Assembly: GCF_009914755.1 (NCBI RefSeq)
Contig: NC_060940.1
Origin: the human T2T-CHM13v2.0 reference genome, Homo sapiens
DNA length: 64,000 nucleotides
Reading direction: 5' to 3' (one strand)
Numbering within the stretch: position 1 is the stretch's first letter; each line of letters begins with the position of its first letter. Made by a program: the position numbers and the translations under genes. This document shows positions 13,618 to 27,804 of this stretch, in pieces. The notes beneath the pieces were generated by a model. It was not told where the DNA came from and did not search any database. It saw nothing but the letters and a program-made list of their open reading frames with translations.

Positions 13618-14088
13618 GAATCATCACCTGTTTTTGTGTCACGGACCCCTTGGGCATTTGGTGCCCTTTGCAGAATAATGGTTTTGAATACATAAAACGC
13701 ACGGGATCACAGAGGAAACCAATCATATTAAAATACAGTTGTCAAAATATTAACTCATGGGATCTAGTAACAAATGTTCTTCCTTCTTAACCCATTAAAG
13801 AACACAGCTCATGGTCGGTCCATTAACTACTAATTATCAAAACAGTGGGTGAAAACGATGTTTGGAAATAGCTGCGACTCTCGCGTGATAGGAAAATATC
13901 TGTGATTTCGATTGCGACAAACACACAGATGCTTCTCACACGATCGCAGTGCATTGCCTAAATGACAGTAATGCTAAACTCCAGTCAGATGTTAGTGAAA
14001 AATAAAGATGTAACATTTTGGCCATCTGTGTACACCCCCTCTTTCTAGGGTTCCAGCCACAGACCCTCAGATTAAGGAGTCTGCACTA
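13618..14088. mobile_element. hAT-Charlie relic (Charlie4-like)
   Basis: 'tttttgtgtcacggaccccttgggca...aaatacagttgtcaaaatatt' and end 'cagaccctcagattaaggag'. Confidence 0.6.
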
Positions 14089-15109
14089 GCTTGTAGCTTG
14101 TTCAATCACACATACACACAAAAAGTGCCAGTTATAAAGGAGCAGGAGGTTTTCTGGAGCCAGGATGAGCTGGGACCAACACCAGCAACTGTATCACCCA
14201 GTTCACTGAGAGTTAAAATCACCCATGTGACGTTCTCTCTGCAGGCACATAGTAAGTGCTGGATAAATGATAGGGATTGATATTGACCAGCTTTGACACA
14301 TGAATAGGAGAGGGTTAGGCAAAGACAAAGAGAGATGGGGATGCCAAGTACCCTCTGGGCAGAGGAAACCATGAGTGCAGAGGCACGTAGGCCTGAAACA
14401 GGCCAGAAAGCACCAAGCAATTTGCTTTTGCTGGTGAAGGAGGTATAAAAGGTAGAGTTGCAAAGACTGGGGATGGAGCTTTAGGCTGGGATCAGCGCCC
14501 AATGGGCTGGGATGACAAGTGCTTGGGGCACATTGGCAGCTGCGAAAAGCTCGCTCTGATGCCTGTGTGGGGACAGATTTTGGGGGCAAGAGGACTCTCC
14601 AGCAATCTGTGGCAAAAAAAAAAAAAAAAAAAAAAGTCCCGCTTGTTATCAAGCCTACTGGCTTATCTGTTATTTCTTGGACATGCCCCAGTCGCTAGTA
14701 AATAAAGCTGTCTACTTTACATTTTGTCTCTGTGCCCTTTTACAGCCTTTTCTCGGAGGAGCTGAGTCCCATTATATTCCGAAAGCATATGTTCCCGATG
14801 ATTGCTCATTCTCTTTCCAATAATATCTTTGCAGGACAAAGAGGAATGGGGAAGGGAACATACTTTTAGGATGTCAGTCCCAGTTTTAATTACAAGTGTT
14901 CCTGGTTGTGGCATTCATGTAATTGGGGGCTGATTTATGCCAAATGATATGCACTGATGTAAGGGGCTGGAGCCCAAGAGGGAGGGGAGGCCAAGAAGAG
15001 GCAGTGGCCCCCCACCAAGCCCGGAACTGAGGTGGCACATGTCAGCGGCTTTGCTCAGAAGCACCCAGGGATGATGGAAAAGGCAACCGAAAGGGCTCAG
15101 CTTCTGCAG

Positions 15110-15310
15110 ATAGAGTCTGTGCTTTGCACTTTCTGGCTTTGTGACCTTTCTGCAGGTTACTTCTCTCCCCTGAGCATCAGTTTACTCAGCTGAAAAATGC
15201 ATCTGCTAATAATACCTATGGCATAGGGTTTGGGGAGGATTAAATAAGATAATGTAAATAGAGTTTAGCGTGGTACTGTGTATATAGCCAGCACTCACTG
15301 CTGTTGGCTT
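15110..15310 (+). mobile_element. MIR
   Basis: 'ctgagcatcagtttactcagctgaaaaatg...gaggattaaataagataatg'. Confidence 0.75.
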
Positions 15311-15849
15311 ATTGAAAAAACAAAAATAATACCTACAATAACCACAATATAGCAACAGCAATCATGTTCAAGTCTGTATTTGGTTTAAGGAGGGGGAATG
15401 TGACCCGGGGGCTCTGTCATTAGATATATGCACACACTTGACCTAATGGAAAGCTTGAAAGCAATTGGATGGGAAAACAGTCCATCTTGTTGGAAGGCTG
15501 TCAAGCTGTGTAATAAAAGAATTACTGTTCTCCCTTTGCATTTATGCATTGCATGTCTCTGTTGAATTCAGAGTGCTTTATAGACCTCTGATCAGCTTCC
15601 AGCATCCTCTTGGTATGAGTTCTAGGGGGAGATGAGGAATGTGCCTAATTCCCTTGAGTGATTTACTTGGTGTTACCCTGGAGTTGTGAGGACAAAAGGA
15701 TGGGGCTGACTGAGACTGGGGATGTTCATCACAAAGTGTTCAGGTTACATCCAGGCTGATTACTGGCCAGGAGACTAGGCATTCATAGTGGGGCGTCCTT
15801 TAAGGTCTGAAGAGGACAGTGACCATCCACCACAGGCAAACATGTGTGT

Positions 15850-16522
<673 letters not shown>

Positions 16523-16524
16523 TG

Positions 16525-17138
<614 letters not shown>

Positions 17139-17565
17139 GCTGGAAATACATTTCTAAAGAGGAATGGGAGTCAGGCTGGTGAAGAAACACGTGAGTGTGG
17201 GATGAGGATGGGGACACAGAGTGATGTGAGGCCTACACAACAGGAGTTCAATCCTAGGACCTGAGCTGATGTAAATGAAGCACCGCCAGGCCCAGTTGGG
17301 GAGGACCTTGTGTTCCTGCTGGAGAGTGAGAGTCCCTCCCTCCCCATTCCACTCCCAAGAGCAGTGAAGAGTCAGGAAGGTGGGCTTGTTTTGTTTTGTT
17401 TTGTTTTGTTTTGCTTGTTGAGCAAGGGAATGCGGTTCCCCTGTGTCGGACTTGTTTCAGAAAGACAATGTCACTGAGGCTGGGGCAGGGAGATTAGCTG
17501 AGAGGCTCTTGCAGTTATCTGGGAAGGAGCTGTCCATAAAGGCCTGAGTTAAGACAGTAGCCCTT

Positions 17566-17981
17566 TGGGTTCGATTTAGTGGTGGCTCCCCAAAAGATAT
17601 GTTCACTGGAACCTAGACATTTGAGAAAAAGGGTCTTTGCAGATAAGTTCAGTTGAGGATCTCAAAACGAGGTCATCTTGGGTGGACCCTAAATCCAATG
17701 ACAGGTGTTTTCAGCAGAGACAGAAGTGAAGAAGGCACAGAAGAGAAGGCGGTGTGAAGGTAGAGACTGAGATCGGAGTGATTCCCCCACAAGCCAGGGA
17801 GCACTGAGGGCTGCTGGCACCCCCAGATACCAGGAGAGGGGCACAAATAGGTTCTCCTCAGAGCCCCCAGAAGGAACTAAGCCTTCTCACACCTAGACTT
17901 TAGACTTCTGGCCTCCAGAATACTAAGAAAATAAATTTCTATTGTTTTAAGCTACCACACAGATGCAGGAAACTAATATAC
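17566..17981 (+). mobile_element. MaLR LTR (MLT1B/C-like)
   Basis: 'ccccaaaagatatgttc...agggtctttgcagat...ccctaaatccaatgac...gacttctggcctccagaa...ggaaactaatata'. Confidence 0.85.
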
Positions 17982-18045
17982 CCTTTAATGATTTTCTCCA
18001 TGGCCTTTCTGATAATCCTTTCATCCTTCATCTCCCCTGTTGCCG

Positions 18046-18369
<324 letters not shown>

Positions 18370-18379
18370 CCTGTTGCCC

Positions 18380-19245
<866 letters not shown>

Positions 19246-19257
19246 AAAGAAAAGTTA

Positions 19258-19564
<307 letters not shown>

Positions 19565-20208
19565 GGTAGAGATGGTGGAGTGGTGACATTTGGTAGATAA
19601 TATAGCTCTGCAGAACTTTTCATTGCAAAATGAAAATTCTTCATTGTTATTATAATTACTTCAAGGAGCAAGGCCATTTTGTGTAAGCTATCCTGGGCCT
19701 CCCTGCCTCCCATTTTACACCCTGTTTATTGATACTAAGAAGAGCCTCCAACTGAATAAGAACTAATGACTTCTGCCTGCCATCATTTTGGAATGTCCAA
19801 TTCCCCGTTCTGGAGAGCCTTTGATTATAACATCAGCCTGTCATTTGGACCTCTGACCTGAATTATATGAATCTGAAAAATCTCTTCCTTTCCTATCGTG
19901 AATTCGGTCATTGTTATAAGCCAAGCTTTGCAAAGGTGGAACACCTTGGAGATACTTATCTCCTCCTTACTCTACCCAAGTAATGACTCATCCTTTTATA
20001 CAGAATGTCTCTTTTTTGATTTAGATGTCTTTTTTTGATATAGATGTCTCTTGATATAGAAGCATTTCTCGGGATGGTTTTTGTGGTTGCCTAGTGTCTT
20101 CTAAAGACCCCTGAACATAGCATAGAAACAGCACGTGTCTTAGGCTTGGAATGAGATAATGTCTCAGTGTTTGAGTAGAATTAGGGAGTTTGCTTTATTT
20201 TCCTTTGT

Positions 20209-20517
20209 TTTTCTTTTTTGTTGTTGTTTGTTTGTTTTTGAGACGGAGTGTCGCTCTGTCGCCTAGGCTGGAGTGCAGTGGTGCAATCTCAGCTCACTGC
20301 CAGCTCTGCCTCCTGGGTTCACGCCATTCTCCTGCTCTGCCTCCCGAGTAGCTGAGACTACAGGCACCTGCCACGACGCCTGGCTAATTTTTGTATTTTC
20401 AGCAGAGACGGGGTTTCACCGTGTTACCCAGGATGGTCTCGATCTCCTGACCTCATGATCCACCTGCCTTGGCCTCCCAAAGTGCTGGGATTACAGGCGT
20501 GAGCCACCACGCCCGAC
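20209..20517 (-). mobile_element. AluY-like
   Basis: Antisense dimer; TSD tgctttattttcctttgt. Confidence 0.95.
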
Positions 20518-20771
20518 TGCTTTATTTTCCTTTGTGTTCCTAATACCTGGCCCAGTGTCTGGCAAATGGAAAGTTCCCCTGGATGTAGTTGGGTGACACT
20601 ATGAGTGTATCGTTAGGCATGTTCAAAATATAGCTAAATTCAGTCCAGACATTCTACCTATGTTTTCACAGAAACATGAGGCAGTGTACAGCGCTTATCT
20701 GTGGCATTTGATTAGGACATTTTACTGAAGAGTTGATAAAAAAGCACAAATTGTAGGCTGCAAATCTATCA

Positions 20772-20855
20772 TTTTTCTTTCCTCCTTCTTCCTCTCCCTC
20801 CCTCCCATCCTTTCTTGCTTTCTTCCCTCCTCTCTCCTTCCTTCCCTCCCTTTCC
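20772..20855. repeat. Polypyrimidine (CCTT/CCCT) low-complexity tract
   Basis: Directly visible. Confidence 0.85.
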
Positions 20856-21070
20856 AGCTTAACTAAAATTTTCTGATACTTTTTTCCTGAATTAGGGTAT
20901 GTTTTGGGGGGAAAAAACGCTTCAGTGCGTGTTTCTTTCGACATTACACATAAGCCCCCATGGAAAGCAAATTGAATAAATTTACTCTCTAAACTTCTTT
21001 CCACAAGAGTAGGTTTATAATTTATTTTCTTTACATTATCTGGATAATTACATTTGGTTTGCTTACATAG

Positions 21071-21375
21071 ATGGAGGCGAATGGTTTTCCAATCTTCAAA
21101 CCAACCTATATCACAAAAGCATTCTGAAAACTGGGAAGAGATCACTTCACAGTTTCCTGAACCACTAGAAAAAAAAATGTTCATAAATTTATAGCCGCTG
21201 ACATTGAAGTTGGAGAAAAGAGCATATCTAGTACCTATGCTATGTGGAGAACACTCTCCATGTCTTTGAAAAATAAGCACAATACAAATTATATTTGAGG
21301 ATGACCTGCCAAAGGGTTGATTATCCTGGAAACATGTTTTCTCAATGGTCCATTTGGGCAAACAGGCCAGCTGAG
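21071..21375 (+). other. Candidate non-coding exon
   Basis: Acceptor 'ggtttgcttacatag|' and donor 'gag|gtatct'; stops in all three + frames. Confidence 0.2.
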
Positions 21376-22013
21376 GTATCTCAGGATAGCAACAGGATAA
21401 GCAGAATCGATTGATGAAGGAGGGAGCCTACCTCTGGAGGCCCCAGGCTGGGACTTTGGGTACAGATGCACAGGAGACCTTTGCCCCACCCCGTCACGGC
21501 TGGGCCTACTCAGTTCCACGTCTTTGAGTTTTCACGCGGAAACTGGATGTTTCTTACATCCTCAGCTGCAGGCATGGGGAAGAGACGCACATCAGCCATT
21601 AAGAAAAAGGTATGCAGTCTACATGCCTGTTAATTTCCTCCACATACACAGTAAACCCATCATGTCCATCAGCACCATTGTCAAAACATGTGTGCACCAG
21701 TAAAGGGTTCTGATGTGTGATAAATTTATTTAGCTATTACTCATCTGAAGTTATACTATTTTAGGATCTTGGGGCAGTGAGGACTTTGGAAATGGAACAG
21801 GATGCTCCTTTAAGTTAGGGTAAAATGAAGTCTATAAAAACTGTTTTTCTATATCCTCCTCCTACCCCACAAAGAAAGTTAGGGTAATATATTCTTATAT
21901 AAAATTGACATTTTTAACTTTAATGAGAAATTGCTTGTCCTTTAAACTTTAGGCATTGATGCGCTTAATTATGCTTTTCAACAAGATTTTGCATTTTTAA
22001 TATTTCCTTTTAG

Positions 22014-22249
22014 AGCTTCCAGGAATCTCAATTATTAATTGTACCCTGGATTTATTGGTCTTTGGACTCTCCCGCTAGTATAAAGACTGTAGATTCATCA
22101 AACATTGTTTACTGTCTTCAAACTTCAACAGTGTTTTAACTATCAAATAGAAAATCGAAAGGAAGCATAAACGCATATGGTCACTTTACTGGTATAATAG
22201 GGGCCAAGAGCCGTTGTGTTTTATAATTTCTTGATGATCCTGGTGGTAG
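22014..22249 (+). other. Candidate non-coding exon
   Basis: Acceptor 'ttttaatatttccttttag|' and near-consensus donor 'tag|gtaagc'. Confidence 0.3.
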
Positions 22250-23069
22250 GTAAGCCAACCGCTATGAACTCTGATGAGCTCTGGTTTACCCCATAGTCCA
22301 AATAAAGAATGGTTTCTGACATTGTATGACCAAAAAAAATAGCATCTGCCCAAAAGATGCTATTTATAAAACTGTTACAAATGGAGCTTATTGTTCACCA
22401 GAATTTTATGAATAAGTAATGAAGTCTAATTTTCCGTTATCATAGCCATTGGTTAAAAATGCATGTCTGTTAGGACATTGTAATTATTTTGTATTACTTA
22501 GGAAAACTTTTATGATTCTACTCTTTTAATTTTTTTAATAATTACTTTATGACTTCTTCATTAGGGTTTCTCTCCTCCAGTGCGTACGCAGATCTTCTGA
22601 AAAGGAATCTGACAAATTTAGTTGCTGCATTTTTCTAAATTGCTTTCAAGACTACCCAGCACTTCAGATACTTTTCATGGCCCTTTTTTCCCAAAGTGTT
22701 CTCCAGGATGCCTTTTGATCTGCACGGGCAATCCCATTAGCAGTGATGGCTTAAGGTTCCCACAGAAACTCTGCCACAGAGGCACTGACACCAGACCAGG
22801 CGTGATCCCTAACAGCTTGCTGTACCGACTCATATGAGGGCTGTCTTGGTCCGTCTCATTTAAGGTTTGGCTTCTCCAAAGATTAGACACCCTTGTTTTC
22901 GTTCAACCTTTGTTTGGCTTTGAAGCATCATGCACTTGGGTCTTGAAATCTTGGGCTCACCGCTGCTTGTACCAGTATCTTCTACCCTCCGGTTGTTTGT
23001 GGCCATTATCAAACAAACACCATGCCAACTAGGTGTAAATGCAGACTGATATTCTGAAGAATCCAGGAA

Positions 23070-23379
23070 GGGCTGGGCATGGTGCCTCATTCCTGTAATT
23101 CTAGCACTTTGGGAGGCTGAGGCAGGAGGATCGCTTGAGCCCAGGAGCTTAAGACCAGCTTAGGGAACATAGTGAGACCCCTGTCTCTACAAAAAGTAAA
23201 AAATAAAATAAATTGGCTGGGTATGGTGGCACATGCCTGTAGTCCCACCCACTCGAGAGGCTGTGATGGGAGAATCACCCGAGGCTGGGGAGGTTGAGGC
23301 CGCAGTGAGCCGAGATCGAGTCACTGCACTCCAGCCTGGACAACAGAGTGAGACCCTGTCTCAAAAAAAAAAAAAAAAA
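23070..23379 (+). mobile_element. Alu (AluJ-like)
   Basis: Sense dimer; TSD aatccag. Confidence 0.95.
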
Positions 23380-24024
23380 TCCAGTAGGAAACTATATAAA
23401 CACTAGGGTTGCTTTAAAATGTCAAGGCCAACTCTTATGATATGCGGAAGCCTTCGCCCCCTTCTTGAGGGTGTTTAGGGATTAGATGAGTGTCCCATCT
23501 GGGTTTCCCATCCCTGCAGAGCCCACGTGTGGGGTGCTGAGAGGTACGTGGTGGGTGACTCCCTGGGGAGCACTGTTTGGTACTGATCACTGTCCCATCC
23601 TGGCACTGCAGTCCTGGGACAGTCTACACAGCTCCTGCCTCCTTCTTTTCTTCAGGATTATCTCGAGTTGGTTTGCAAAGTGAAACGCATTAGACATCTT
23701 CAAGTGGGCTGAAGAAAGGGACTCAATTTTTGTGGGTCCATGTTAATGTAATTCTTATGAATTTGAGATAAAGTGGTCATTAAAGCCTAGAAGGAAGGGA
23801 AAAGCTACACCCCCCTGTGGATGTGTATGCTAAACTTGATTGATCTGGGCATATGTGGAATTTTTACCTTTGTTTTGTCTTTATTTATTTTTAAAATTGA
23901 GGTAAATTTACTTAATTTAAAATTTATCATTTAATACCATCTTTTTTGAATGGTTAAATAGTGGATGTATTTTTTCTAGTTTTTTTGTTTTGCTTAATAG
24001 GCTCTCTCTCTGTCTCTTTCTTTC

Positions 24025-24936
24025 TATATATATATATAATATATAGAAAGATATATAATCTATATATAGATATCTATATAATATATATAATCTATATATG
24101 ATATATATATCTTATTATATATTATATATATAGATAGATATCTATATACAGATATCTGTATACAGATATCTATATATATAGATATCTATATATATAGATA
24201 TCTGTATACAGATATCTGTATATATATATAGAAAGAGAGGGAACTGAACGGGATGCTTTTTATTTTGGGCTGTTATTAGGTAGACTCTCCTGGGACATTC
24301 TACACAGCTCCTGCCTCCTTCTGTATGTAATATATATATTATATATATATAAAATATATATTATGTATAGATAATTTATATATAAATATGTGTATATATA
24401 TATTTGTTAGGGTAAAACAAAGTCTATAAAAACTGTTTTCCTTTGTCATTGCCCCCACCAAATATTTATATATATGTATATACACATATGTATATATGTA
24501 TGTATAGAGAGTCTATTATATATATTACATATACATAATATATACATAATATATAATAGACTCTATAATGTAGACTCTAATATGTAGTCTATATATTATA
24601 TTATAATGTATGTAATATATAATATATTCTATGTAATATATAATATATTCTATGTAATATATATTAATATGTAGGGAATATGTTACATATTATGTTGAGA
24701 GTGTATATATTATATATGGGTTTCTATATATTATAATAAACCCATATATAATATACATAATAGACTATACACATATACAGCTAATATATATACACAATAG
24801 TCTAGTATATATTATACATGTAATATACTTTCCATACATACATATATAATTTGGGGGGCAAAAACATATATATAATGAATATAATTATATAATTCATATA
24901 ATATATGTAATAGAGCGTGTATATTATTTACATATG

Positions 24937-24970
<34 letters not shown>
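24025..24970. repeat. AT-rich (TA)n-derived low-complexity region with palindromes
   Basis: Nearly continuous TA-rich sequence ending in (TA)n(CA)n; perfect palindrome at 24143-24224. Confidence 0.95.
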
Positions 24971-25027
24971 TTTCAACTTTCTTGAACTCCTGAACCAGCC
25001 TTAGATTGCCTAGTACCAGGGTTCTTC

Positions 25028-25727
25028 TTTTTTTAAAAAATTTATATTTTATTTTAAGTTCAGGGGTCCATGTGCAGGTTTGTTATATAGGTAAACTGGC
25101 GTGATGGGGGTTTGTTGTACAGATGATTTCATCACCCAGGTATTAAGCCTAGTGCCCATTAGTTATTTTTCCTGCTCTTCTCCCTCCTGCCACCCTCCAC
25201 CCTTTGGTAGGCCCCAGTGTCTTTTGTTCCCCTCTTTGTGTCTATGTGCTCTCATCATTTAGTTCCCACTTATAAGTGAGAACATATGGTATTTGCATTT
25301 TCTGTTATTGAATTAATTTGCTAAGGATAATGGCCTCCAGCTCCATCCATGTTCCTGCAAAGGACATGATCTCATTATTTTTTAAGGCTGCATAGTATTC
25401 CACGGTGTAGATGTAATATATATATAATATATATATAAAATATATATTATGTATAGATAATTTATATATAAATATGTGTATATATATATTTGTTAGGGTA
25501 AAACAAAGTCTATAAAAACTGTTTTCCTTTGTTATTGCCCCCACCAAATATTTATATATATATACACACATATGTATATATGTATGTATAGAGAGTCTAT
25601 TATATATATTACATATACATAATATATACATAATATATAATAGACTCTATAATATAGACTCTAATAATTATTTTTTAAGGCTGCATAGTATTCCATGGTG
25701 TAGATGTACCACATTTTCTTTATCCAG
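25028..25727 (-). mobile_element. L1 3' end (older L1PA, ~PA13-16-like), carrying an internal insertion
   Basis: 'ttttaagttcaggggtccatgtgcaggtttgttatataggtaaac...tcccacttataagtgagaacat...ccacattttctttatccag'. Confidence 0.9.
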
Positions 25728-25729
25728 AA

Positions 25730-26120
25730 TAAACTATTTTTTATACTGGTTTTAGGCTCACAGCAAAATCGAGTGGAAGGTACAGGGATTTTCCAGATTT
25801 CCCCTGGCCCTCACTACCACATGCGTAGCCACCCCTTTATCAACATCATGTTAACTATTTTAAAGTGGACAGTTGAGTGGCTTTAAGGGCATTCATATTG
25901 TTGTGCTAACATCATGACCATCCATCTCCAGAATGATTTTCATCGTGCAAAACTGAAACGCTGTACCCACAGAACACTGGCTCCTCATCACCTCCCCAAG
26001 CCCAGCCCCTGGCAACCACCATTCTCCCCTACTTTGTCTATGAATTCGACTACTCTTGGTACCTCATATAAGTGGAATCACACAGTGTGTGATGTGTTCT
26101 TTTGTGGCTGACTTATTTAT
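25730..26120 (-). mobile_element. L1M fragments (L1MC-like, then L1MB-like 3' ends)
   Basis: 'ttttaggctcacagcaaaatcgag' then 'ccatccatctccagaa...ggcaaccaccattc...ggtacctcatataagtggaatca'. Confidence 0.75.
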
Positions 26121-27804
26121 GATACTGGATTCTCAGCATCATGGGAGTTAGGACTGTCTGTCGCACCATCAAACAGGCATAGCTGGCTGGCTAGACCATG
26201 TCACAGGGATGTTGGAACTGGGTGGCACTGACTGGCCCAGCCAAGGGGTCACGCAGGGGACTCCTGATTCATTCCTGGGGAAAGTAGTTATGTCAGGAAG
26301 CACAGGCTATGGCTCACGGCTGTGGCTGTGCCCACGTGGTCTGTGTGGGCTGGTGGTAATGGGCCAGGGAACTGAATGGGATGCCTTTTATTATGCACTC
26401 TTGACATTTTTTATATTAATCTGTTTTCTTCTCCATCTATAACATTTCCCACATGCTACACTGAAGGGATATTTTAAGCATTAATTCTCCTAAAAAGCCT
26501 CATGCCCAATGTAAAAATAGTTCACTGTCTCAGAAAAAGGCACTCTCTATAAATGAAAAGCACCATTATTAGTAATGTCAATAACTTTCCTGACATCCAT
26601 TTGGGCATTGTATATGTTTTGATAGGATTACATAAATAATGAAATTGTATGCAAAGCATCAGAATGCAAAAGGTGTTTTCTCCAAGGTGTATACACTGCC
26701 TGGGCCTTGTACTCTGGCCCTCAATTTTCTTAAACAGCTGCATCTTTTGGGGGCTCTGTTAAGACATGCTACTGTCTTTAGTATTTTGCCCCCTCACCGA
26801 ATGATCAGGAGACTGGCTTCCCCAATGCCCTGGGCTTAATTCCCAGATATTTATTCTGTTGTGGAGTGATTATCTGTTCCTGGATTGTCTCAAAGGCATT
26901 AATCTTTTTGGTATCCAACATCTTGAATGCTTCTGTGTCATTTTCCTTTCTTTTTTTTTTTCAAAGCACTTAATTATTTAAAAACAAAAATACTTCTCTG
27001 ATCAGAGCATACCTGCCGTGCTCAAAGCACTTGCTTACTTGGAATGCCATAAATTACATGAAGGAATTATTCATTGTATCACGAAACATACCTTCCAGTC
27101 TCCCGAGTAGTGTATTAGGCTAAGTATGGTCTTTTAAATTATTACTTTAAAAATAAAAGATAATGGAATTATAGCATTAAATACATTTTGCAAATGATCT
27201 TCTAGTAGGATTATTGAAAGACAGTAAAGGCAAGTATAAATCAGAAGCAAAATCATTGTCCTCTAATTCATTAATGGTTAATAATATTGCTGACTCTTTT
27301 AACTTGTCAACATTTCCTACATTCAACATTGTACTCTAATATCCAGTAAAGTGAAACAAACAAACAAATAAATACACTTTTTTCAAGAAAAAATAAATAT
27401 CTGTGATCTCATCATTTGACCGTCAGTATTTTCATTTTTGCATGTGCCACTTTAATTTCCCTAGGCAACACTAGCTAGTGGCCCACAATAAGACGTAGAA
27501 AACAAGACCACGTACCTTCCAGAATCATTGGCCCTGGCTCTACTCCTGGAAACCCAGTCCATCTCTAATCCCTTTGATTTCCAATGGGAGGCAAATCCAG
27601 GGGAGTTCTAGACTGTCTAGAATATTGTACCAAGAACAAAAGGCCAACCCCATTAGACAGTGGCCAAGGGAGGTGAACTAAAGTTGGTGCTGTGAACAGG
27701 GCTAATGGTTTGTGATTTACCCATAAGTGGAAGGTGTACTCCGGCTGCTCCTTTAATATTTTATGATTAGCAGTAGAGGTGTGTCTGGGGGAAAGAGTCA
27801 GCTT

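Noticed and set aside
20666-21361. Longest ORF (231 aa, - strand)
   Set aside because: It has no true ATG start, runs through a purine microsatellite (EGRKERGGKK...) and has no recognisable domain; most likely chance.
24025-25666. Repeat/spacer-like pattern as a CRISPR-type or programmed array
   Set aside because: Eukaryotic context with no regular repeat-spacer periodicity and no associated genes; better explained by slippage and templated repair.
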